NCBI GenBank assembly: GCA_034522975.1
Contig: JAXHKT010000046.1
Location: 105,377 to 169,376 of the forward strand
DNA: 64,000 nucleotides
Reading direction: 5' to 3'
Source: Bryobacterales bacterium
Lineage (GTDB): Bacteria > Acidobacteriota > Terriglobia > Bryobacterales > Bryobacteraceae
Shown here: positions 1-8,898 of the stretch, in pieces
Layout: every line of letters starts with the position of its first letter
Numbering within the stretch: the first letter of the stretch is position 1
Program-made: the position numbers and the translations under genes
Notes under the pieces: generated by a model
The model's database searches: none
What the model was told of the DNA's origin: nothing
What the model saw: the letters and a program-made list of their open reading frames with translations, nothing else

Positions 1-2
1 CC

Positions 3-560
3 CCCGAGTTGGTGATGGAAGAACTTGAACGCGTGTTGCACGGCGACTTTCGCGAATCCCGCCGGCGCCTGCTGCGCTGCGAACTTTTTCGTGGCGAAAA
101 ACTGGTGGTCGCATTCGACGCCCTCAACGACGTTGTTGTGACGAATTCCTCGCTGGCCCGTATGGTGGAATTCGACCTGCGCGTCGACGAGAGCCACATG
201 TGCGGCTATAAGGCCGATGGCGTCATCATCAGCACGCCCACCGGCTCCACGGCCTACTCGCTTTCGGCAGGCGGGCCCATCATTTACCCTACAGTGGAGT
301 GCTTCTGTCTCACCCCCATCTGCCCGCACATCCTCACCAACCGTCCCGTAGTCGTACCGGATTCGAGCGTGCTTGAGTTGACGCTCAACTCCCGCAACGA
401 CAGCGTCTGGCTCACCATCGATGGCCAGGTAGGGCAAATGCTGGAGCCGGGTGACCGTGTGCTCTGCCGCCGCTCCGATCGCGTCGTCCGCCTGGTGGCG
501 CCGCCCCACATGCACTTCTTTGACGTGCTGCGGGACAAGCTGAAATGGGGCGGCACCTAA
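3..560 (+). CDS. nadK: NAD(+) kinase, C-terminal portion (5' end outside window)
   Basis: Frame is open to the left window edge. The translation carries the NAD-kinase signature YKADGVIISTPTGSTAYSLSAGGPI and ends at TAA 558-560. Confidence 0.85.
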   Translation, partial: PELVMEELERVLHGDFRESRRRLLRCELFRGEKLVVAFDALNDVVVTNSSLARMVEFDLRVDESHMCGYKADGVIISTPTGSTAYSLSAGGPIIYPTVECFCLTPICPHILTNRPVVVPDSSVLELTLNSRNDSVWLTIDGQVGQMLEPGDRVLCRRSDRVVRLVAPPHMHFFDVLRDKLKWGGT

Positions 561-578
561 CCGGCTTCAGTCGCATCG

Positions 579-1097
579 CTACTTCTCTTTGGGCTCGCGA
601 TGCTCATACCACCATCGCCAGATGGTCATTGCCACGGCCATCACCGGGGCGGCAAACAGCGCGCCTACAAACCCAAACAGCGAACTCCCCAGCACCACTC
701 CAAGAAAGACCAGAAACGGCTTGAGGCGAAGTTTATAGCCAAGGATTTTCGGGGTGAGATAGAAGCTCTCAAAGGCTTGGGCCAGCGCATAGACGGCGAT
801 GATCCAGAGCAGCATCCAAGGGTCGCCGGTAGTGAGCAGCAGCCAGCCAAGAAAGGGCAGAAGCAAACCCAGCGCTGCCCCCACCATGGGGATCAGGTGG
901 AAGACCCCGTTGATGATGGCGAAAACCGGCCACCACGGCAGCCCCGCCAACGCGAAGCCCACCGCATAGCAAATCGTCAGCAGAAAGGCGATCAGCAACT
1001 GCCCGCCCACCCAGTGCGCCAGATTGCCGCCAATCTGCCTCAGCAACTGCCACACGGATGGCCGCACCACCACCCGGATTGGTTTCTCGTCTTCCAT
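579..1097 (-). CDS. AI-2E (PerM/YhhT-like) family membrane protein, half-length (172 aa)
   Basis: Multi-TM ORF resembling the C-terminal half of AI-2E transporters (..FHLIPMVGAALG..). ATG at 1097 follows a strong SD (aaggggg), with an in-frame TAA just upstream, so the short length is not a window artefact. Confidence 0.55.
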   Translation of the reverse strand: MEDEKPIRVVVRPSVWQLLRQIGGNLAHWVGGQLLIAFLLTICYAVGFALAGLPWWPVFAIINGVFHLIPMVGAALGLLLPFLGWLLLTTGDPWMLLWIIAVYALAQAFESFYLTPKILGYKLRLKPFLVFLGVVLGSSLFGFVGALFAAPVMAVAMTIWRWWYEHREPKEK

Positions 1098-1215
1098 CAA
1101 CCCCCTTTACCAGAATGGCTGATCTCGCCAACCTGTGTGGCCGCGCCCAAGATTGCATTCCAGCCCCGCATGGAATATCGTTGACAATTTCGCGCCCCTC
1201 CAAAAAACGCCATCC

Positions 1216-2592
1216 ATGTCTCAAACCGAACTCACTGCCGAACAGCTTGCCGCCCGCATGGATAAGCTCTATGAATTCGACCGCGAACCGGTGGACGAAA
1301 ACCGCCTCCACTCCAATTCGCGCTTCGCCGGCCTTCTGGCCGGTGAGCACGTCGCCGCCACGGAATTCGTGATCGGCGCCTTCTTCGTGCTGCACGGCGT
1401 CACAGCCGCGGACCTGTTCAGCGGGTTGATCGTCGGCAACATCCTGGCCGTGCTCTCCTGGGCCTTTCTCTGCGCTCCCATCGCTGTACAGACGCGGCTC
1501 ACCCTCTATTGGTATCTGCGCCGCATTGCCGGCCCCGGCGTCACCATCATTTACAACATCGGCAACGCCTTCCTCTTCTGCATTCTCGCCGGCGCGATGA
1601 TCTCCGTCTCCGCCACCGCGCTCGGCCTCGCCTTCGACATCCCTGGCCCGCAGTTGAGCGACATCTATCCCAACAGCGTTGCCTGGGTGCTGCTCACCTT
1701 CGCCATCGGCATGGCCTTCACGGCCGTCGCCATTCTGGGCTTTGAGAAGGTAGGCCAGTTTGCCGAACTCTGCTCCCCATGGATCTTCCTGGTCTTCATC
1801 GCCGGTGCCCTTGCCATGCTCCCCAGGCTCGGCGTCGCCACCGATTTTTCAAACTTCTGGGAAGTCGCCAACCAAAAAATCTGGACCGGCCGGCCCAGCC
1901 CCGGGCAGGAGCAATTCCACTTCTGGCACATCACCTTCTTTGCCTGGTTCGCCAACCTCGCCATGCACGTCGGCCTCTCCGACATGGCCCTCTTCCGCTA
2001 TGCCAGGAATTGGAAAACGGGCTTCTATTCCGCCTTCGGCATGTTCCCCGGGCACTTCCTGGCCTGGATCTGTAGCGGCATCATGGTGGCGGCGGTAGAT
2101 CGCGAAATGAACCCCGGCCTGATGGCCTTCACCGCCGCCGGCATCGCCGGAGCCGTGGCCGTGTTCATCGCCGGTTGGACCACCGCCAACCCCACCCTTT
2201 ACCGCGCCGGCCTCGCCCTGCAGGTGGTGACGCCCAACTGGCCGCGCTGGCGCATAACGTTGATTGCGGGCGCCGCCACCACCATTGTTGCCTGCTTCCC
2301 CGTCGTCTTCCTGAAGCTGCTCGATTACGTCGCCATCTACGGGCTGCTGCTGATGCCCATCGGCGCCATCGTGGTGGCCGAACACTGGATTCTGCCTCGC
2401 CTGGGCATTCCCCAATTTGAAGCTGAACGCAAAGGCAAGCAGATTAGCTGGACGGTGTTGCTGGTGTGGGCAGGCACGCTGCTGTTCTGCTTCGCACTCC
2501 CCATCCATCTCTATTTCCGCTGGCTGCCGGGTTATTTCGTGGCGCTTGGAGCCTATGTCTTACTGCGAAAAGTGAGGGCGCAAAAAGCATGA
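1216..2592 (+). CDS. NCS1 / purine-cytosine permease-like transporter
   Basis: 458-aa polytopic membrane ORF with cytosine/purine permease-like N-terminal region. ATG at 1216 chosen (MSQTELT...). Confidence 0.6.
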   Translation: MSQTELTAEQLAARMDKLYEFDREPVDENRLHSNSRFAGLLAGEHVAATEFVIGAFFVLHGVTAADLFSGLIVGNILAVLSWAFLCAPIAVQTRLTLYWYLRRIAGPGVTIIYNIGNAFLFCILAGAMISVSATALGLAFDIPGPQLSDIYPNSVAWVLLTFAIGMAFTAVAILGFEKVGQFAELCSPWIFLVFIAGALAMLPRLGVATDFSNFWEVANQKIWTGRPSPGQEQFHFWHITFFAWFANLAMHVGLSDMALFRYARNWKTGFYSAFGMFPGHFLAWICSGIMVAAVDREMNPGLMAFTAAGIAGAVAVFIAGWTTANPTLYRAGLALQVVTPNWPRWRITLIAGAATTIVACFPVVFLKLLDYVAIYGLLLMPIGAIVVAEHWILPRLGIPQFEAERKGKQISWTVLLVWAGTLLFCFALPIHLYFRWLPGYFVALGAYVLLRKVRAQKA

Positions 2593-2765
2593 AGCCGCTA
2601 CTCTGGATTCTCTCGATTGCCGCCCTCGGCGGTTGCGCTGCTTCCGCCGTGATGGTCTTCGCCGGCGCGATGGACGAAGCCTCGTTCAAAACGACGTTCC
2701 TCGTCTGTTCCGTGCTCTGGTTCGCTATCTCGTCGGTACGGATATATCTTCCGGCAAAGGGCTAG
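2589..2765 (+). CDS. small two-TM membrane protein, translationally coupled to upstream permease
   Basis: Its ATG overlaps the permease TGA (ATGA at 2589-2592). 58-aa hydrophobic product MKPLLWILSIAALGGC... Confidence 0.4.
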   Translation: MKPLLWILSIAALGGCAASAVMVFAGAMDEASFKTTFLVCSVLWFAISSVRIYLPAKG

Positions 2766-3678
2766 GCGCCACCCCGTCCACCAGATCGGCGATCCGCCCA
2801 TTAGCGGTCGCGGGAACCTGCACCTCAACAGTGCCGGGTGCCAGTTCTGCAATCACGGCCGCAGACTGCTCGGCCATGGCGGGCGCCGCCACCGGCTGCG
2901 CCCCACGTTTGGCCAACGGAATATGCACCTGCTTGCGCACCAGATCCTGCAAGCGCTCCTCCAGCGGGTAAGGATGCCCGCGATACTGGCGGAATCCTTC
3001 ACCAATCCGGATCCCCGCCAGCGTCCCGCGCTCCCGCGTCCACTTCTGCATCATCGATACATAGTTATCGAGACCATGCCGAATCCGCAGCCATTCCTTC
3101 TGGCTCCGATGCTCCATCAGCATCGCGATCTTGAGGTCGAAACTGTCTTCGATATCCACCACAAAATCGGGAATCACCGGCTGCTCATAGCGATCCACGC
3201 CCCCAATTGGATCCATGAAGTAAAGCGCGGGAATCTCCGGTAACGGCGTCGCTGGCGAAGCGTGCCGCGTTGCGTAATTGGGCAGCGCGGCCGCGAAGCA
3301 GGCATCGCGCACCAGTATGGCGGTAGCTTCGTGGTCCGCCATGTAATCCTCGGGCGAAGAGGTAATCACAATGGTGGGCCGGATGGCGCGCAGAAACTCC
3401 GTGATCCTCCGCCGCGAAGGGTCGTCGCTGAACACCGCCATATCTTTGAAGCCCAGGCAGTAGTAGCGCGCTCCCACCAGCGCCGCCGAACTCGCCGCTT
3501 CCTTCACCCGGATCTGCGAAATCTCTTCCGAATCCTGGGCGATCGCGCCGCAATCGCCAGCCGTCATCGACGCCAGAATCACGCGCACACCGCCCCTCGA
3601 AAGCCCGGCCAGCGTCCCCGCCGCGAGAAATTCGATGTCATCCGGATGCGCGTGAATGGCAACGATTGTGTGTTCCAT
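2725..3678 (-). CDS. PIG-L/LmbE family deacetylase
   Basis: N-terminal AIHAHPDDIEF motif and LmbE-like fold signature. Has a C-terminal extension of about 60 aa that overlaps the 3' end of the small + strand ORF. Confidence 0.8.
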   Translation of the reverse strand: MEHTIVAIHAHPDDIEFLAAGTLAGLSRGGVRVILASMTAGDCGAIAQDSEEISQIRVKEAASSAALVGARYYCLGFKDMAVFSDDPSRRRITEFLRAIRPTIVITSSPEDYMADHEATAILVRDACFAAALPNYATRHASPATPLPEIPALYFMDPIGGVDRYEQPVIPDFVVDIEDSFDLKIAMLMEHRSQKEWLRIRHGLDNYVSMMQKWTRERGTLAGIRIGEGFRQYRGHPYPLEERLQDLVRKQVHIPLAKRGAQPVAAPAMAEQSAAVIAELAPGTVEVQVPATANGRIADLVDGVAPSPLPEDISVPTR

Positions 3679-3824
3679 GTGGAAGCAATTCCTGTACTAG
3701 ACGTTCTGGGACGACGATCTCCCCTCATCGTAACAGGGAGTTGAACGAAACGGGAGAGGAATCTGCCGTACGATTCTCGCCAGTTACGCTGCATCCTGCG
3801 TTGTCTGCGATACACTTCCCTTCT

Positions 3825-5201
3825 ATGCCCGTCGAAAGCGCTTCCCCGCAGACCGCAAAGGCGGCAGATCCCTACCTGCTCACGCCGGAAGCGATTCAAG
3901 AGCCCCCAAAAACCATCCTCTCCACCTTCCGTAAAATCGGGCCGGGCATGATTCTCGCCGCCTCCATCGTAGGTTCGGGCGAGCTCATCGCCACCACCAC
4001 TCTGGGCGCCCAGGCTGGCTTCGTCGCTCTCTGGATCATCCTCTTCAGTTGCTTCATCAAGCCGATCGTCCAGGCCGAGCTGGGACGCTTTGTGATCTCA
4101 ACCGGCGAGACCGGTCTCGAAGCCTTCGACAAAGTACCCGGCCCCCGCTTCAAGGTCAACTGGATCGTCTGGATCTGGGCGCTGATGGTCTTTATGACCC
4201 AGTTCCAGGTGGGTGCCATGTTCGGCGGCGTCGCCCAGGTGCTGCACTCGCTGATGCCCGTCTTGTCCGTCAACATGTGGGTGCTGCCGGTGATGGCGGT
4301 CTCGCTCGCTCTGCTTCTGGGCGGCGGCTACCGGCGCATCGAAAGCCTGGCCATGGTGAAGGTGGGCTTCTTCACGATGCTCACCGTGCTCTCCGCCGCC
4401 ATGGTGATGAAGGCTCCCGAATTCAACTGGAGCCAGTTGCTCGACGGCCTATGGCCGCGCATCCCATCGGGCGGATGGGTAACCGCGGTGGCCGTCTTCG
4501 GCATGACCGGCGTCGGCGCCAGCGAGATCTTCATGTACCCCTACTGGTGCGTCGAAAAAGGCTACGCGCGCTTCACCGGACCCCGCGACCAAAGTCCAGC
4601 CTGGCGGGAGCGCGCCCTCGGCTGGATTCGCGTCATGCACCTCGACGTCGTCTTCTCCATGTTGGTCTATACCGTCGCCACCTGCGCCTTCTACGTCCTG
4701 GGCGCGGGCGTCCTGCACCCCAAGGGCATCGTGCCGGATTCCTCCACCATGATCGCCACTCTCTCTGAGCTCTACACATCCACGCTGGGCGAATGGGGAT
4801 TGATTCTTTTCTATCTTGGCGCGGTAGCCACCCTCTACGGAACGATCTTCGCCGCCACCGCCGCGCACTCCCGGATTTACGCCGACATGGTCCGCATGAT
4901 GGGCGGTTTCCGGCGAGAAGACATCGCCGCCCGCAACCGCTGGCGCGACGGCTTCGTGGTAGCCATCACCATCATCCCCGTCGCGCTCTTTTACATTTTC
5001 AAGAACCCGGTAAGCATGGTGGTAGCGGGCGGCCTGGCCCAAGCCCTCTCCCTTCCCGTAATCTGTTTCGGAGTCCTCTACCTCCGCCACAAACGCCAGC
5101 CCAAGCAAACCGCCCCCGGCTGGTGGAACACCCTATGGCTCTGGATCGCCGGCATTCTGATTACCGCCCTAATGCTGGTCTACATCGCAGGGGAGTTCTA
5201 A
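3825..5201 (+). CDS. Nramp-family (COG1914-like) metal ion transporter
   Basis: 458-aa polytopic ORF, GPGMILAASIVGSGELIATT N-terminal region typical of Nramp-related transporters. ATG at 3825. Confidence 0.6.
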   Translation: MPVESASPQTAKAADPYLLTPEAIQEPPKTILSTFRKIGPGMILAASIVGSGELIATTTLGAQAGFVALWIILFSCFIKPIVQAELGRFVISTGETGLEAFDKVPGPRFKVNWIVWIWALMVFMTQFQVGAMFGGVAQVLHSLMPVLSVNMWVLPVMAVSLALLLGGGYRRIESLAMVKVGFFTMLTVLSAAMVMKAPEFNWSQLLDGLWPRIPSGGWVTAVAVFGMTGVGASEIFMYPYWCVEKGYARFTGPRDQSPAWRERALGWIRVMHLDVVFSMLVYTVATCAFYVLGAGVLHPKGIVPDSSTMIATLSELYTSTLGEWGLILFYLGAVATLYGTIFAATAAHSRIYADMVRMMGGFRREDIAARNRWRDGFVVAITIIPVALFYIFKNPVSMVVAGGLAQALSLPVICFGVLYLRHKRQPKQTAPGWWNTLWLWIAGILITALMLVYIAGEF

Positions 5202-5261
5202 ACCAAAGCCGCCACTCTGACTCTCGGGGTGATGAGGTGGACGGAGGCGGACGACCGCGAC

Positions 5262-5480
5262 GCCGTCCGCTATCGTCACTTAGCGTTTAACCGAACGTGG
5301 CTTGGGACTTTGTGCCCACGGCAACCAATCAGCTTTGGGTGGACGATATCACCCGCATTCGGCTGCGCACCGGGTTTGCGTACCTCGTGGCGATTCGGGA
5401 CGCCTGGTTCGGCAACCTAGAGGACTCCGCCAAGCACCGGTGCGAGAATCCACTCGCGACGAATGCGTCACTAACCTTTG
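5262..5480 (+). mobile_element. IS3-family transposase (orfB/rve) remnant, truncated and frameshifted
   Basis: Two short overlapping frames give ...FNRTW / DFVPTATNQLWVDDITRIRLRTGFAYLVAIRDAW... This matches the start of the IS3 integrase core (canonical ..PNQLWVADITYIRT.EGFLYLAVVLD..). No intact ORF, and no inverted repeats recognised. Confidence 0.45.
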
Positions 5481-5562
5481 TGCCTAAAGCGGCACACCAT
5501 CCTCGCCGATGATCCTGGTTATCCTGTAAAGGACGCTTGGCGTTTCGATACGTTTTTCCATC

Positions 5563-6045
5563 ATGCGGTTTTCTCCAATCCCTGCCCGGCGCGCGGAAGC
5601 GCAGAGCGATGAAGCGCCCGGAATTGCGCGCGCCGATCGCACACGCGTTCTTTTCGTTTGCTATGGAAACGCCTGCCGCAGCCAAATGGCTGAAGGGTTT
5701 GCGAGGGCCTACCATGCTGATGTGATGGAGGCCGAAAGCGCCGGGGTTTCCGCTTTGGGTTTCGTGCCGGAAGAGACCGCCGCGTCCATGCTGGAGCGCG
5801 ACGTTTCGCTCAAGAGCCACCGTTCAAAAGGAATGGATGCCTTTGACCTTCGCTCCTTCGACCTCATCGTCAACATGAGCGGCTTTCCCTTTCCCAACTC
5901 CCTCAACCGGGCCGTGAGCATTGTGGATTGGACTGTCGAGGACCCTTACCTGGGCAATGAACGGCGCTACCGTAAAGTGCGCGACGACGTGGAGAAACGG
6001 GTCGCGAAGCTCGCCGCGGAGCTTCGCGCAAACGGGCTTCGCTAA
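5563..6045 (+). CDS. low-molecular-weight protein-tyrosine phosphatase / ArsC-like
   Basis: P-loop VLFVCYGNACRSQMAEG (CX5R-S) and LMW-PTP length. Confidence 0.8.
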   Translation: MRFSPIPARRAEAQSDEAPGIARADRTRVLFVCYGNACRSQMAEGFARAYHADVMEAESAGVSALGFVPEETAASMLERDVSLKSHRSKGMDAFDLRSFDLIVNMSGFPFPNSLNRAVSIVDWTVEDPYLGNERRYRKVRDDVEKRVAKLAAELRANGLR

Positions 6046-6218
6046 GGCGCGAATCCTGCATATCTCTCTGTCTGCAACCACTGGAATATAACGAATTTGA
6101 ACCACAACGGCGCTAAAGTGTTCCCAATTTGGTATTCTCCAAGAACGCGGCTCTTTAGGTTTCAAGTCCGAAACGCAAGTGGCCCGTTCGAACTGCTCGC
6201 AGTTTGGAAAGGAAGTGA

Positions 6219-7777
6219 ATGCGCGTACACATCGTCAATCCAAGCGACATGTCTTTCGGAGTGGGAGTGATCACTCCGCGGTGGCTTTACGTTCTTGCCG
6301 GCTGTACTCCAGCCGAATTCGGTGACCCTAATATCGTTGACGAAACCCTCGAACAGATCGACCCGGAAGTCATCCAGCCTGGCGACGTGGTGGGCATCGG
6401 CATCCACACGGGCAATGCGCTGCGCGGCCTTGCTGTGGGCCGCATCGCGCGCGAACGTGGCGCCTGGGTAGTCTATGGCGGCATCCACGCCACATTGTTT
6501 CCGGACGAGCCCCGCGATTTAGGTGCCGCTCATGTGGTCGTAAAGGGTGACGGGGACCACGTTTGGGGCCAGGTGCTGGCCGATTGCCGTGCCGGCAACC
6601 CCAAGGAGGAGTACGACGGCGGCCGTGTCGAGGCCACCTTCTTCAGCAAGGCCCGCTGGGATCTGATGCCAAAGAAGGGCTATATGTGGGCGTCCGTACA
6701 GACCGTGCGCGGCTGTCCGAAGCACTGCTCGTTTTGCTCCGTTTGGCGCACCGATGGGCAGAAGCCCCGGCAGCGGGCGAACTTCCCAGTGATGGAAGAA
6801 ATCGTCGAGTTGCGGCGCTTAGGATATCGATTCATCGCCCTCGCCGACGACAACTTCTACCCCGTAACCGTCACTGACATCGCCCTCGCGGAAAAGCAGG
6901 GCAACCAGGAACGCGTTGAGGAACTTACCCGTTTGCGGCAGGAACGCTTCGACTTCATGGACCAGCTAGCCGAGCTGCCCAGCGACATGGTCTCTTTACG
7001 CAAATCACCATGGAAGCGGCCGAAGACGAAGATTTCCTGGAAGGAATGCGCAAGGCCCGGATCAAGGGGGCTCTGGTTGGCGTGGAAGCCGTTACCGAAG
7101 CCGGACTCAAGGCGGTCTTCAAAGACTTCAATCTCTCCGGCGAGAATCTGGTAAACCGATTGAAGAAATTCCGCGAGCACGACGTACACGTTCTGGGCTC
7201 GTTCATTTTTGGCTTGCCCTCCGACCGCGAAGATACGTTCAAGGCCACTTCAGACCTTGCCATCAAGGCCGACCTCACTTTCGCGCAATTCGTGATGCAT
7301 GACGCCCTTCCCGGGCACGGTGGATTTCGCGCGGTGGAAAAATCCTTCGACGGCGATATCCCGATGGTAGAGGGCGTGCCCATCACTCGCTATTGGCGCA
7401 TTCCCCACCAAGTGCGCCCCAAGATGTTCACCCCGCACCCTACGATGTCTTCCGAGGAAATCGCCCAACGCACCCAGGGTGTTTGGGATGATTTCTACAG
7501 CCTGAAGGAAGTGTGGCGGAGGGCGAGCTGCGTAAAGTCTCTGAAGTCACGGCTGGCGTTTGTGTTGATCTCCAAGCTCTACCGGCAGATGTATGCCAAC
7601 ACCGGGATCAGCACGGATAGCGCGCGGCGTGAGAAAGCCAACCGCGTGGCACGCGTGATCGCGAAAATCACCCGCATCCTCTTCCGTGCCAAAGAAATGC
7701 CCGCGCTTGAGATGCCCCCGCTTGCCGCGCGCGGCGCAACCACTCTTCGCGAACCGCTGGTTACTTTGGGCGATTAG
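6219..7777 (+). pseudogene. B12-binding-domain radical SAM protein, frameshifted (about 6993-6995)
   Basis: ORFs 6219-7154 and 7010-7777 are the N- and C-terminal parts of one protein. CPKHCSFCS = CX3CX2C cluster. The reading ...LPSDMV continues as FTQITMEAAEDEDFL in the -1 frame. Confidence 0.8.
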
Positions 7778-7801
7778 CGACTCCGCTCGACAATGGCGAA
7801 T

Positions 7802-7848
7802 GAATCCCCTGGCATCCGGTATCGGGTAGCCAGGGGATTCTTGCTTTG
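7802..7848 (+). terminator. rho-independent terminator after radical SAM gene
   Basis: Perfect 12-bp stem gaatcccctggc/gccaggggattc (7802-7813 / 7829-7840) followed by ttgcttt. Confidence 0.6.
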
Positions 7849-8003
7849 GGGGTGGAGGAACCGTGCTATCCTAATGGCGTCGAGTTAAGTTTCCTTTGAG
7901 CGTCCCGAGTCGTTGAGTTGAGTTCCCGCAACAGATCCTACCCTCGCTTTGGTCACTTCGCAGAATCGATCTCGACCCATTTCAAATCATTTGGAGAATC
8001 CCT

Positions 8004-8351
8004 GTGACAAAGCTATTTGTTGGGAACCTCAGCTTCCGTACGACGCAGGACGATCTGCTCGATACGTTTTCCCCCTACGGCGCCGTTGAAAGCGTCAACA
8101 TTATCAACGACCGCGAGACCGGCCAGCCCCGTGGCTTTGCCTTCGTCGAAATGGTGAACTCCTCGGAAGCCGAAGCGGCCATCGCCGCGCTCAATGGCAC
8201 CGAACTGATGGGCCGCGCGATCAACGTCAACGAAGCTCGTCCCCGCCCTGAGGGCGGCGGCGGCGGCCGTGGCGGTTTCGGCGGCGGCGGCGGCGGTCGT
8301 GGCCGCAGCAACAGCGGCGGCGGCGGTGGACGCGGCGGCAGCCGTTGGTAG
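8004..8351 (+). CDS. RRM-type RNA-binding protein with Gly-rich tail
   Basis: GTG start. RNP motifs LFVGNLS and RGFAFVEM. C-terminal GGGGRGG repeats. TAG stop. Confidence 0.9.
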   Translation: MTKLFVGNLSFRTTQDDLLDTFSPYGAVESVNIINDRETGQPRGFAFVEMVNSSEAEAAIAALNGTELMGRAINVNEARPRPEGGGGGRGGFGGGGGGRGRSNSGGGGGRGGSRW

Positions 8352-8367
8352 TCTAACCAGTCCTAAG

Positions 8368-8434
8368 AAGGGGGAGCATCTCAACCGGGAGTCATCTTGA
8401 CTTCCGGCCAAGCTCCCCCTTTGTTTTGCTTTTC
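8368..8434 (+). terminator. putative terminator after RRM gene
   Basis: 10-bp arms aagggggagc/gctccccctt around a large loop, followed by tgttttgctttt. Confidence 0.4.
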
Positions 8435-8557
8435 GCCAGACGCGATAACCGGGCAAGTGGCCCAACACGGTCCTCTCTGGCGCAACCGCGCGCATCCGTG
8501 GCACGACTATTCTTTCGCCAGGGAAGTGTGCAGCAACTGAGAAAGCAAGAGGTATCC

Positions 8558-8773
8558 ATGGCAGGACGCGGTCCCACCACCTTCCAGAAAAGACAAAAAG
8601 AACAACAACGCAAAGAAAAGCGGTTGAATAAGCTCGCCCGTCGCGAGGAACGCCGCCTGAACGGACCCGAAACGGATTCCGACGATCCGAACGACGACCT
8701 GGATCGAATGGGAGACGACGAGACGGACGATGTCGAAACCGAAGGTCAGGACGTCGAAGCCCGCACGGAATAG
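8558..8773 (+). CDS. small highly charged hypothetical protein (basic N-terminus, acidic C-terminus)
   Basis: ATG at 8558 preceded by aagagg SD. 71 aa, MAGRGPTTFQKRQKEQQRKEKR...DDETDDVETE. Confidence 0.45.
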   Translation: MAGRGPTTFQKRQKEQQRKEKRLNKLARREERRLNGPETDSDDPNDDLDRMGDDETDDVETEGQDVEARTE

Positions 8774-8898
8774 CGCTTGCCTCGCAGGCGCCGCTTCCCT
8801 GCGGCCCCCCGGCCCCAACCGCAGCCCTCGTTATCCCGCAGCCCACGGCTATCTCGCAGCTAACCGAAGCGGCGTGCATCTATCGCCGATTTTTATGG

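Noticed and set aside
3679-3824. Mn2+ (yybP-ykoY) riboswitch upstream of the Nramp-like transporter.
   Set aside because: Only generic GGGAG/CTCCC hairpins are present. The conserved motif was not recognisable.
8251-8345. (GGC)n simple-sequence repeat.
   Set aside because: It lies within the RRM gene and encodes its Gly/Arg-rich tail, which is a normal feature of this protein family.
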